Positions 47,289-57,393 of a stretch of DNA of 64,000 nucleotides are shown here, in pieces. Under the pieces are notes generated by a model. That model did no database searches. It saw nothing but the letters and a program-made list of their open reading frames with translations, and was not told where the DNA came from. This DNA is from Patescibacteria group bacterium (GTDB taxonomy: Bacteria; Patescibacteriota; Minisyncoccia; Minisyncoccales; UBA10102). The stretch covers positions 19,891-83,890 of the forward strand of contig JADFNM010000001.1 in NCBI GenBank assembly GCA_022563395.1. Reading direction: 5' to 3'. Position 1 is the first letter of the stretch; every line of letters begins with the position of its first letter. The translations under genes were made by a program, and so were the position numbers.

Positions 47289-47327
47289 ATCTCGTTTAGG
47301 TGTGGATAACTAAACGAGATTTAGGCA
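47282..47327 (+). repeat. DnaA-box-loop palindromic element (18-bp perfect stem)
   Basis: TGCCTAAATCTCGTTTAG GTGTGGATAA CTAAACGAGATTTAGGCA. The upstream gene's stop TAA (47286-47288) lies in the arm. Confidence 0.92.
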
Positions 47328-47362
47328 AAATCGCTTATTCCTTAAAAGAGATTAACTTTCAG

Positions 47363-47767
47363 ATGAAAAAGAGAGTTGTGGTATTTGGGATATTTGATGG
47401 TATCCATGATGGTCATAGAAGTCTCTTCCGTCAGGCAAAGAGGTATGGAGACGAGCTTGTTGTCGTTATCGGAAGAGATTCTGCTTCTTTAAAATGGAAG
47501 GGGAAGAACCCAAAGTATAACCAAGAAACGAGGCGAGCCCTCGTTTTGAAAGAAGAGCAGGTAGACCAAGCAGTATTGGGAGATGAGGAGCAGTCTTCCT
47601 ATAAAGTGTTAGAAAATCTAAATCCCGATGGTATTTGCTTAGGATATGACCAGGATGATTTAGCTCAGGATTTGAGGCTATGGCTCAAGAAGATGGGTCG
47701 AGAAACACCCATCTACATTCTTAAACTTCACCACCCTCATATTAACCACACTTCTTTCCTTTCCTAA
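47363..47767 (+). CDS. cytidylyltransferase-fold nucleotidyltransferase (RibL/FAD-synthase-like)
   Basis: VVVFGIFDGIHDGHRSLF (the GxFDxxHxGH motif). The start is taken downstream of the repeat. Confidence 0.6.
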   Translation: MKKRVVVFGIFDGIHDGHRSLFRQAKRYGDELVVVIGRDSASLKWKGKNPKYNQETRRALVLKEEQVDQAVLGDEEQSSYKVLENLNPDGICLGYDQDDLAQDLRLWLKKMGRETPIYILKLHHPHINHTSFLS

Positions 47768-47846
47768 TTCCTGCCTTCGTGAATTTTAAGGTATTTACAA
47801 AAGCGTTTTAAGGTGGTATCCTATCTTGACCGCATTGTTTTGATAT

Positions 47847-48590
47847 ATGCATATTAGTCTACAAGCTGAAACCTTAGGTATATTATTTGGTATCCCCATT
47901 ACCAATAGTTTAATTCTTTCTGTAGTAACCGCCCTTCTTTTGGTTGGAGGCGGTCTTTTTGTGGCCTATTCTTTAAAAGTCATTCCAAACAGGGTCCAGG
48001 GAGCAGCCGAGGTTGTATTAGACGGCATTCTTTCTTTCATGGCACAAACCTTAGGAAGCATGGACCAGGCAAAGAAGTTCTTTCCCTTGGTGACCACCAT
48101 CTTTTTGTTTATCCTGCTGAACAACTGGATTGGGGTATTGCCGGGAACAGGTTCTATTGGGTTTTTTGAGATGCATGATGGCAAAGAGGTATTTATCCCG
48201 TTCTTTCGTTCTGCAAACAGCGACTTAAACACCACCTTTGCCTTGGCTTTAATAAGCATGATTGCAATTCAGTTGTACGGCGTAAAGAAACTCGGGGTGT
48301 GGGGTCATGTTTCAAAGTTTTTGGTGTTGACGAAGGGTCCTATAAACTTCTTTGTTGGTATCCTTGAATTGGTAGGAGAGTTTGCCAAGGTGCTTTCCTT
48401 CTCCTTTAGGCTCTTTGGAAACATCTTTGCAGGAGAGGTCTTGCTTTTGATTGTGATGATGCTTGTTCCATTTTTGGCCCCATTTCCCTTTTTACTGCTG
48501 GAGTTTTTCGTGGGCTTTATTCAGGCCCTTGTTTTTGCTATGCTAACCATGATTTTCCTGAAGATGGCAGCCCTAAAAGTTCAACATTAA
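47847..48590 (+). CDS. atpB: F0F1 ATP synthase subunit a
   Basis: ...SFSFRLFGNIFAGEV... carries the conserved Arg motif. Polytopic. Confidence 0.92.
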   Translation: MHISLQAETLGILFGIPITNSLILSVVTALLLVGGGLFVAYSLKVIPNRVQGAAEVVLDGILSFMAQTLGSMDQAKKFFPLVTTIFLFILLNNWIGVLPGTGSIGFFEMHDGKEVFIPFFRSANSDLNTTFALALISMIAIQLYGVKKLGVWGHVSKFLVLTKGPINFFVGILELVGEFAKVLSFSFRLFGNIFAGEVLLLIVMMLVPFLAPFPFLLLEFFVGFIQALVFAMLTMIFLKMAALKVQH

Positions 48591-48853
<263 letters not shown>

Positions 48854-48854
<1 letters not shown>

Positions 48855-49369
48855 TGTCAGAGCTTCTTTCTAATCTTGGTATTGATATGAGGCTGCTGCT
48901 GGCGCAGGCAGTGAACTTTTTGTTGGTGCTGTGGCTTTTACATCGCTTCGTATTCAAGAGAGTCTTAAAGTTCTTGGACGAAAGAAAGCAGGGTATTGAA
49001 AAAGGAGTGGAGCTGACAAAAAAAGCCAAGCTTGAAATGGAGAGGATTGGAGAGGCAAGAAAAGTGGCCATGGGAAAGGCACGGGAGCTTGCAGAAAGCA
49101 TGGTGGTGGAAGCCAAGAGCAAGGGGCAAGCTGCGCAAAAGGAGATTGTGGAGGAGGCCAGGACAACAGCAGAAGTTCTTTTGGAGAAGGCAAAGCAGGA
49201 GTCAGAACGAAAAAAGCAAGACGCTTTGCGGGAAGCTGAGGCAGAGATGCAAAAAAGAGCGTTCTTCCTTGCAGAAAAGGTCCTTTCCCGTTCTTTGACC
49301 AAGGAAGACGAAGCTATCATGGGGCAAGATTTGTTAAGGGAAGTTAAAGGACATGACAAAGAAAGCTAG
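48854..49369 (+). CDS. atpF: F0F1 ATP synthase subunit b
   Basis: N-terminal TM helix, a long charged helix, and operon position. Confidence 0.85.
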
Positions 49370-49742
49370 CATATATGCAAAGGTTTTAGTGCAATCTTTT
49401 AAGGGAGCTCCAGAGAAAGAGCAAAAAATGATTGCAGCAAGATTTAAGAGTCTTTTAAAAAAGCGGGGCGATCTGCGTTATGTAAGTTCGATACTCCAGG
49501 AGTTCGCAAAGCTCTGGGAAGAAAGGAATGGAAAGATTGCCCATGTCCTAACAGCTCACGAACTTCCCGTATTGTATGCTCATTTAATAAAAAGTGCATT
49601 GAAAAAACAGGGATATCAAGTAAAGACAGAACTCAATGAGAGTCTCATTGGAGGAACTGCCATATTTTTGGGGCAAGAATATCTTTTTGACAATACCGTG
49701 AAAGGAAAACTACAAAAACTGAGAGCTGTATTACAGTCATAG
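49353..49742 (+). CDS. atpH: F0F1 ATP synthase subunit delta (short)
   Basis: Operon position. The C-terminal ...LIGG..I..G....D.S...KL..L pattern. Confidence 0.75.
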   Translation: MTKKASIYAKVLVQSFKGAPEKEQKMIAARFKSLLKKRGDLRYVSSILQEFAKLWEERNGKIAHVLTAHELPVLYAHLIKSALKKQGYQVKTELNESLIGGTAIFLGQEYLFDNTVKGKLQKLRAVLQS

Positions 49743-49744
49743 CA

Positions 49745-51274
49745 ATGGCAAGAGATCACGTTTTTGAAATTTTGCAAAAGGAACTGGAAGGAAAATCTTT
49801 GAGCCCTCAAAAAGAGGAGATTGGAAGAGTTGTATCTGTGGGGGACGGCGTGGTTTTAATTGAAGGGCTTCCCAATGTTATGTTTTCTGAAATGGTAGAA
49901 ATTACGAGGTGGCCCCAGGAGGAGAACCAAAAGAGTATTCCGGCTTTGGTTTTGAGCTTAGAAGAATATACTCTTGGAGCCGTGATACTTGGAGAGGACA
50001 AAGATATTCAAGAAGGGGATTTGGTGAAGAGAACTGAAAAAGTTCTTTCCGTACCCGTAGGAGAGGCTTTGCTGGGAAGAGTGGTAAATCCCTTGGGCAA
50101 GCCCATTGACGGGAAAGGAAGCATTGCTACAGAAAAACAGCTTCCCATTGAGAGACCGGCCCCTGCGGTGCTAGACAGGCAGGCCGTGAACACATCTTTG
50201 GCTACCGGCATTAAGGTGGTGGATGCTGCCATTCCCATTGGAAGAGGCCAAAGAGAACTGATTATCGGAGACAGGCAAATAGGGAAGACCGCTTTGATTC
50301 AAGATACCATTTTGAATCAATTAAACGAACCAGAGGAAACAAGACCCATTTGTATTTACGTTGCCATTGGGCAAAGGGCTTCAAAGGTAGCGCAGTTGGT
50401 AGGTGAGTTAGAAAAGAGGGGGGCAATGGAGTACACCATTGTGGTTGCGGCAACCGCTTCAGACCCTGCTTCTTTGTGGTATGTTGCCCCGTATGCCGGA
50501 TGCAGCATGGGAGAGTATTTTCGCGACAAAGGTAAGGATGTTCTAATAATCTATGACGATCTTTCAAAGCATGCTTGGGCATGGCGTCAAATTGCATTGC
50601 TGTTGCGCCGGCCTCCGGGAAGAGAAGCATACCCTGGTGATGTTTTCTATCTTCATTCAAGACTTTTGGAAAGAGCAGCATGTTTGTCTGAAGAAAAGGG
50701 TGGAGGTTCTTTGACTGCGCTTCCCATTGTTGAAACTCAGCTGGGGGACGTTTCCTCATATATTCCAACCAACATCATTTCCATTACCGATGGGCAAATC
50801 TATCTTGAAACCGATTTGTTTGCAAAGGGACAGAGGCCTGCGGTAAATATTGGTTTATCCGTGTCTCGTGTAGGCTCTGCTGCACAGGCAAAAGCAATGA
50901 AAAAGGTGGCTTCTCAGTTAAAGCTGGATTTGGCGCAGTATCAAGAGTTGGCTGCGTTTGTGCAGTTCGCCCAGGATTTGGATGAGACAACAAGAAAGAG
51001 AATTGATAGGGGAGCACGGCTCGTTGAGACATTAAAGCAAGGGCAGTTTGAAGTTTTGCCCATGGAAGAACAGGTATGCTTGCTGTTTGCAGTAAACAAA
51101 GGGTACTTTGATGAGGTTGCAGTGGAAAATGTGCGCGTGGGCGAGAAAAGGCTCTTGGAGCACTTGCGAAACAATGAGACAGGATTGCTGCAGACGATCC
51201 GAGACAGTAAGGATCTGGACAATGAAACCCAAGGGGCACTACAAACAGTATTAGGAGAATTCAAGATATCCTAA
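49745..51274 (+). CDS. atpA: F0F1 ATP synthase subunit alpha
   Basis: GDRQIGKT Walker A, with strong family-wide similarity throughout. Confidence 0.97.
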   Translation: MARDHVFEILQKELEGKSLSPQKEEIGRVVSVGDGVVLIEGLPNVMFSEMVEITRWPQEENQKSIPALVLSLEEYTLGAVILGEDKDIQEGDLVKRTEKVLSVPVGEALLGRVVNPLGKPIDGKGSIATEKQLPIERPAPAVLDRQAVNTSLATGIKVVDAAIPIGRGQRELIIGDRQIGKTALIQDTILNQLNEPEETRPICIYVAIGQRASKVAQLVGELEKRGAMEYTIVVAATASDPASLWYVAPYAGCSMGEYFRDKGKDVLIIYDDLSKHAWAWRQIALLLRRPPGREAYPGDVFYLHSRLLERAACLSEEKGGGSLTALPIVETQLGDVSSYIPTNIISITDGQIYLETDLFAKGQRPAVNIGLSVSRVGSAAQAKAMKKVASQLKLDLAQYQELAAFVQFAQDLDETTRKRIDRGARLVETLKQGQFEVLPMEEQVCLLFAVNKGYFDEVAVENVRVGEKRLLEHLRNNETGLLQTIRDSKDLDNETQGALQTVLGEFKIS

Positions 51275-51290
51275 ACGAGATTTAAGCAAT
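51270..51290 (+). repeat. half-site CCTAAACGAGATTTAAGCAAT directly before the atpG ATG
   Basis: Identical to the right arm of the DnaA-box element. The atpA stop TAA (51272-51274) lies inside it. Confidence 0.85.
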
Positions 51291-52217
51291 ATGCCTTTTT
51301 CTTCACGACAACTCAAAGGAAAGATCCGTACGATAGGGAATATCAAGCAGATTACCAAGGCAATGCAGATGGTATCTGCAACCAAAATGCGTCGTTCACA
51401 AGAAGTCGCCCTGCGCGCCCGTCCTTTTGCAAAGGAGGCACTTTCCTTGCTGCGAAATTTGGTACGCCATGAAGAGGTTTTAGAGCAAGAAAGCATCTAT
51501 TTTAGAGAACCAAGCAACAAAAAGACTTGCCTTATCGTCGTAACCTCAGATAAAGGGCTGTGCGGAAGCTTCAATAGTCAGATTACAAGGATGGCATTCC
51601 AGTGGCTTTTAGGCAACGACAATGTGGACATTGTTGCCGTGGGAAGAAAGGGCAGAGATTTCTTTAAGGCGAGAGGAATAGCGCCTGTGGCAGAGTTTCT
51701 TTTATTCTCAGATATTGTTTCTTTGCATGATGTAGCCCCGCTTTCAGAATGGGTGCTTAAGGCTTTTGAAAAAGGCAGATATACAAGAATAGTGATTGTT
51801 TCCACGCAGTTTTTCTCAGCATTGCTGCAAAAACCCAATATCCGACAGCTTCTTCCTTTAGACATGAAAGAATTAAAAGATGCGGTGGAAAACATTGCAC
51901 CCAAAACGGGAAAATATGCAGATTGGAATAGTAAGGAGAATGAAAAGGAAGAACTCCCGCATCTTTTAGAACCTTCCCCAGAGGCAATCACACAGTCTTT
52001 GGTGAGAGACCTATTGCGAGTGCAGATTCTTCACTACATCTTTGAGTCCAATGCTTCAGAACATTCAGCGAGAATGGTTGCAATGAAGAATGCCACAGAA
52101 AACGCAACGTCTCTTGAAGATGAGCTGCAGCTTGCATTGAATAAGGCAAGACAAGCTGCGATTACGCAAGAGTTAACTGAGATTTCAACAGCAAAAGAAG
52201 CATTAAGTAACGAGTAA
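51291..52217 (+). CDS. atpG: F0F1 ATP synthase subunit gamma
   Basis: IKQITKAMQMVSATKMRR N-terminus and ...ITQELTEI C-terminus. Confidence 0.93.
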   Translation: MPFSSRQLKGKIRTIGNIKQITKAMQMVSATKMRRSQEVALRARPFAKEALSLLRNLVRHEEVLEQESIYFREPSNKKTCLIVVTSDKGLCGSFNSQITRMAFQWLLGNDNVDIVAVGRKGRDFFKARGIAPVAEFLLFSDIVSLHDVAPLSEWVLKAFEKGRYTRIVIVSTQFFSALLQKPNIRQLLPLDMKELKDAVENIAPKTGKYADWNSKENEKEELPHLLEPSPEAITQSLVRDLLRVQILHYIFESNASEHSARMVAMKNATENATSLEDELQLALNKARQAAITQELTEISTAKEALSNE

Positions 52218-52218
52218 T

Positions 52219-53879
<1,661 letters not shown>

Positions 53880-53896
53880 AAGAATACAACATTGTT

Positions 53897-53921
53897 AAGG
53901 CAGACCAACTGCCTCGGTTTT
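53897..53921 (+). terminator. intrinsic terminator of the atp operon
   Basis: AGGCAG ACCAA CTGCCT CGG TTTTT. Confidence 0.75.
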
Positions 53922-54069
53922 TATTGGAAAGTGTATACTCCCTTAATGAAATTATGGGTTCCTTAATTTCATTTAGGAGACATGCGATCTTTGGAGTGGG
54001 AGGGGACTTGACAAGGTTGTATGGCGCATGATATCGTTTAGATAGTTATAGAAACGTTTAATTAATAGT

Positions 54070-54630
54070 ATGGAGCGAAAGTTGTTTCTCCCCATTATTT
54101 TGGCCACAAACCGACAGGGTAGGCAGTCTGAGAACGTTGCCAAGTTGTTGCTGGAAACTATGAAAGGCCGAGAAGGTGTTGAAACGCAGCTCTTTGATGT
54201 TCGGGATTTTAAGTTTCCCCAAGATGACTATGGGCAGGATATAAAGGGGCAATTCCCTGAATGGCGGGATGCTATTATTAAAGCAGACGGTCTCGTGATT
54301 GTAACCCCTGAGTATAACCATGGGTATCCTGGTCCTCTAAAATCTGCACTTGATCTTTTACTGCCAGAATATATACATAAGGTAGTAGGTTTGGCGGGAG
54401 TATCCATGGGTCCTTGGGGCGGCACAAGGGTCATTGAGAACTTGCTCCCCACGATGCGAGAGCTGGGACTCGTGGCAATTTCTGCCAATCTGAATTTTCC
54501 CCGAGTACAGGAGTTGTTTGACGAAAAAGGGAACTTAAAAGACAAGACGTATGAAAAGCGTATTGCAGGATTTCTCGATGAGCTAGAATGGATGGCTCAG
54601 ACTCTGAGATGGGGAAGAGAGAATCTGTAA
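54070..54630 (+). CDS. NAD(P)H-dependent FMN reductase family protein
   Basis: ...ADGLVIVTPEYNHGYPGPLK matches the flavodoxin-like FMN_red pattern. Confidence 0.85.
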   Translation: MERKLFLPIILATNRQGRQSENVAKLLLETMKGREGVETQLFDVRDFKFPQDDYGQDIKGQFPEWRDAIIKADGLVIVTPEYNHGYPGPLKSALDLLLPEYIHKVVGLAGVSMGPWGGTRVIENLLPTMRELGLVAISANLNFPRVQELFDEKGNLKDKTYEKRIAGFLDELEWMAQTLRWGRENL

Positions 54631-54643
54631 GTTAAAGAATAAT

Positions 54644-54955
54644 ATGCTCAAAGAAAAGGAATTACAGAAAGTACAAAAATCCTTTACTGAGGCCAAAGAC
54701 CGCATGGCCTTTATATTTGAGGCACTGGGAGATTCAACTCGCTTAAAAATCTTTCGGTTGCTTTGTCAAAAGAAAGGATTGTGCGTGACGGATGTTGCGA
54801 ATGTATGCGGGATATCGGTTCCCGCCGCCTCCTACCAGCTAAAGATTCTTGAGATTGTGGGGTTAGTACAGCGAGAACGGGAAGGGAAGATGGTTTGTTA
54901 TGAGCTGCGAGAGGAAGACCCCATGGTGAAAAATATTATGATGATTATTAAATAA
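54644..54955 (+). CDS. ArsR/SmtB-family metalloregulator
   Basis: ALGDSTRLKIFRLL...LCVTDV...SYQLKIL winged-HTH pattern. Confidence 0.85.
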   Translation: MLKEKELQKVQKSFTEAKDRMAFIFEALGDSTRLKIFRLLCQKKGLCVTDVANVCGISVPAASYQLKILEIVGLVQREREGKMVCYELREEDPMVKNIMMIIK

Positions 54956-55001
54956 AAGAAGAGAAGGTCGAAGCATAAGCAGTTTAAATTCAATCAAATG
55001 T

Positions 55002-55238
55002 ATGGCAGATGTAACCATTTACACTACTCCAACGTGCGTATACTGCAGGGCAGCAAAGGAGTTCTTCAAGGAGAACAATGTTGAGTATGAAGAAAAGAAT
55101 GTTGCCGAAGACGAGCAGGCCAGAGATGCCATGGTAGAGAAGTCAGGTCAGCTTGGCGTTCCCGTCATTGATGTGAAAGGGAATATTGTTGTTGGCTTTG
55201 ACGAAAAGAAGCTCTCAGAACTTTTAGGAGTCAAATAA
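55002..55238 (+). CDS. glutaredoxin-like protein (NrdH/YruB type)
   Basis: IYTTPTCVYCRAAKEF...GVPVI. Confidence 0.85.
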   Translation: MADVTIYTTPTCVYCRAAKEFFKENNVEYEEKNVAEDEQARDAMVEKSGQLGVPVIDVKGNIVVGFDEKKLSELLGVK

Positions 55239-55244
55239 GGAAGC

Positions 55245-56282
55245 ATGAAGCGTGGCATTATCATTCTTTTACTGCTGGCTGCCGGCGTAATCCTGGGAAC
55301 AGTTCTTCTGCGCCAGCAATCCTCTTCTTTTGACTTGCCAAAGGGAGGAGATACCGTCGTTGAAACTATAACGGTGGAAGATGTTGACCAGAAAACCATG
55401 GTAGAAAAAGAGATTTTCGTAACCGACGGGGTAAGGCACAGCGTACCCTTAGAGGAGATTTTGAGCGGGGGGCCACCTAAAGACGGCATTCCTTCTATTG
55501 ATAACCCAAAGTTTATCTCTTCAAAAGAAGCAGATGCTTGGTTGAAAGATGAGGAACCTGGCATTGCATTTTCTCAAGGAGACACGCATCGCTTTTACCC
55601 CTACCAGATTATTGTGTGGCATGAGATTGTGAACGATACCATAGAAGGGGAAAGGGTTTTAGTAACCTATTGTCCTCTCTGCCTTACAGGTTTTGTGCTT
55701 GATCCCGTGGTACAAGGAGAACGGGTGGAGTTTGGAACATCGGGGAAATTATGGAAGTCTAATCTTGTAATGTATGATAGAAAGACAGACAGCTTGTGGT
55801 CTCAGGTGTTGGCTGAAGCCATTGTGGGTGAAATGACAGGAACGAAACTTGCTATCCTTCCCTCAGATCAGATGCGGTACGGCAACTGGAAAAAGAAATT
55901 TCCCCAGGGAGAAGTTCTTTCTCAAGACACGGGCGCGCGCAGATTCTACGGACAAAACCCGTACGGCGACTACTTTACTGCAACAGGCCTTGCGCTTTCT
56001 TTGGCAAACCCAAAAGATACGAGACTCTCAAACGATGCATTTGTATTTGGAATCGTAATCAACGGAAAGGCAAAAGCGTATTCTACAGAGTCAGTAAAGC
56101 AACAGGGAACAGTGGAAGATTCTTTTGAAGGAACAGATCTTGTCCTGCGCCACGATACAGAACTTGATGTGGTGCGAATGTACAAAAAGGGCCCCGGAGG
56201 AGAGGAAGAACGAATAAACCCAATCAGTGGATTCTGGTTTTCCTGGGCTGCTGCTCATCCCGATACAGAGTTGTATAAGTGA
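55245..56282 (+). CDS. DUF3179 domain exported protein
   Basis: N-terminal anchor, KDGIPSIDNPKF..., ...YCPLC and ...LWSQ match the DUF3179 pattern. Confidence 0.75.
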   Translation: MKRGIIILLLLAAGVILGTVLLRQQSSSFDLPKGGDTVVETITVEDVDQKTMVEKEIFVTDGVRHSVPLEEILSGGPPKDGIPSIDNPKFISSKEADAWLKDEEPGIAFSQGDTHRFYPYQIIVWHEIVNDTIEGERVLVTYCPLCLTGFVLDPVVQGERVEFGTSGKLWKSNLVMYDRKTDSLWSQVLAEAIVGEMTGTKLAILPSDQMRYGNWKKKFPQGEVLSQDTGARRFYGQNPYGDYFTATGLALSLANPKDTRLSNDAFVFGIVINGKAKAYSTESVKQQGTVEDSFEGTDLVLRHDTELDVVRMYKKGPGGEEERINPISGFWFSWAAAHPDTELYK

Positions 56283-56328
56283 TAAAGAAAAGGTCATAGA
56301 GAATATAAGTTAACCATAGCAACACAAT

Positions 56329-56424
56329 ATGTTTTACAACGAAGATACTCCTAAAACGTGCGAGGGCTGCGGACATGCGCATGGAGAAGATGGAAAGTGT
56401 ACTGATAGTACGTGTGGTTGCTAA
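56329..56424 (+). CDS. 31-aa Cys/His-rich peptide (metallothionein-like candidate, below the ORF-track cutoff)
   Basis: Hand translation: MFYNEDTPKTCEGCGHAHGEDGKCTDSTCGC. TATAAG lies upstream and a strong 16-bp palindrome downstream. Confidence 0.4.
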   Translation: MFYNEDTPKTCEGCGHAHGEDGKCTDSTCGC

Positions 56425-56445
56425 TAAGTAATTCCTGGGGGATGC

Positions 56446-56480
56446 CTTAGCGAGACCAAGGAATCCTTGGTCTCGCTAAG
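56446..56480. repeat. 16-bp-arm perfect palindrome
   Basis: CTTAGCGAGACCAAGG AAT CCTTGGTCTCGCTAAG. The arm is 15/16 identical to 20701-20716 inside truB and related to CCTAAGCGAGACTTAGG at 17204. Confidence 0.85.
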
Positions 56481-56498
56481 AGCCTCCTAACACTTTTT

Positions 56499-57023
56499 AT
56501 GTCTAAGTTTGTTATTTTTGGCATCATCGTTGTAGTCGGTATTGGAGGGGGAATCCTGCTCTTGACACAGGGAGGAACTCCTGGAGAACAGCAGGAGGTT
56601 ACGTCTCAGGGAGCTGGACGTGAGCTTGCCGATCTTACGCTCATTGACTACGAGGGAAACAACGTAGCGTTAACTGATTTTGTTGGCAAGCCTTTGGTGG
56701 TCAATGCCTGGGCTGTGTGGTGTCCTTTTTGCGTAAAAGAGCTCTCTGAGTTTTCTCTACTCCAAAAAGAGTTCCCCGAAGTGGTAGTTATTGCCATTGA
56801 CCGGGCCGAATCCTTGAATACCGCAAAATCGTATACCGATGACATCGGCATCACCCAGGATTTGGTGTTCTTGCTCGACCCCAAAGATTCCTTCTACAAG
56901 TCCATTGGAGGATTTTCCATGCCCGAGACCTTGTTTGTTGATAAAGATGGTGTGATTCAAGACCACAAGCGAGGGCCAATGGATTTAGATGAGATGAAGC
57001 GTAGAGTGGAGAAGATATTATAA
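56499..57023 (+). CDS. TlpA/ResA-like thiol-disulfide oxidoreductase
   Basis: N-terminal anchor and a WAVWCPFCVKE active site. Confidence 0.88.
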   Translation: MSKFVIFGIIVVVGIGGGILLLTQGGTPGEQQEVTSQGAGRELADLTLIDYEGNNVALTDFVGKPLVVNAWAVWCPFCVKELSEFSLLQKEFPEVVVIAIDRAESLNTAKSYTDDIGITQDLVFLLDPKDSFYKSIGGFSMPETLFVDKDGVIQDHKRGPMDLDEMKRRVEKIL

Positions 57024-57025
57024 TT

Positions 57026-57184
57026 ATGGTGAAAGAAATCAAACAAGATGAATATGTCTGTGAGGCGTGCGGGTATCGCTATAGAGCGAGAGAACTAGCT
57101 GAGCGGTGCGAAGCATGGTGCACAGAGCACCACAGCTGCAACCTGGAAATTACCGCACAGGGCATGCCCCCAGAAGAACTATGA
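57026..57184 (+). CDS. 52-aa Cys-rich zinc-ribbon-like protein (below the ORF-track cutoff)
   Basis: Hand translation: MVKEIKQDEYVCEACGYRYRARELAERCEAWCTEHHSCNLEITAQGMPPEEL. It starts 3 nt after the TlpA stop, and its TGA overlaps the next ATG (ATGA). Confidence 0.5.
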   Translation: MVKEIKQDEYVCEACGYRYRARELAERCEAWCTEHHSCNLEITAQGMPPEEL

Positions 57185-57390
57185 ATATTGAATTTGTTGG
57201 TTTTACCCTAGACGTCATCGGCAAAATCATGGTGGCCTTCACAGCCATCATGGTGCACTATCGCTTTCGCAAAGAACACAAGATTGATGAGAGGGTGTTC
57301 CGCACGATGAGGAGAGAACAGTTGCTTGGGATCATTGGTATCTTCTTCATTATCCTCGGATTCCTTTTGCAGGCGCCCTTTAAGCTTTAA
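57181..57390 (+). CDS. small two-TM membrane protein
   Basis: MNIEFVGFTLDVIGKIMVAF...IIGIFFIILGFLL. Translationally coupled on both sides. Confidence 0.5.
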   Translation: MNIEFVGFTLDVIGKIMVAFTAIMVHYRFRKEHKIDERVFRTMRREQLLGIIGIFFIILGFLLQAPFKL

Positions 57391-57393
57391 ACT

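Noticed and set aside
20299-47327. Regularly recurring palindromic repeats considered as a CRISPR array or as the replication origin.
   Set aside because: Copies are 8-11 kb apart with genes between them, and no cas genes are present. The DnaA boxes are not clustered within a few hundred bp next to an AT-rich unwinding region or dnaA, so this is not oriC or CRISPR.
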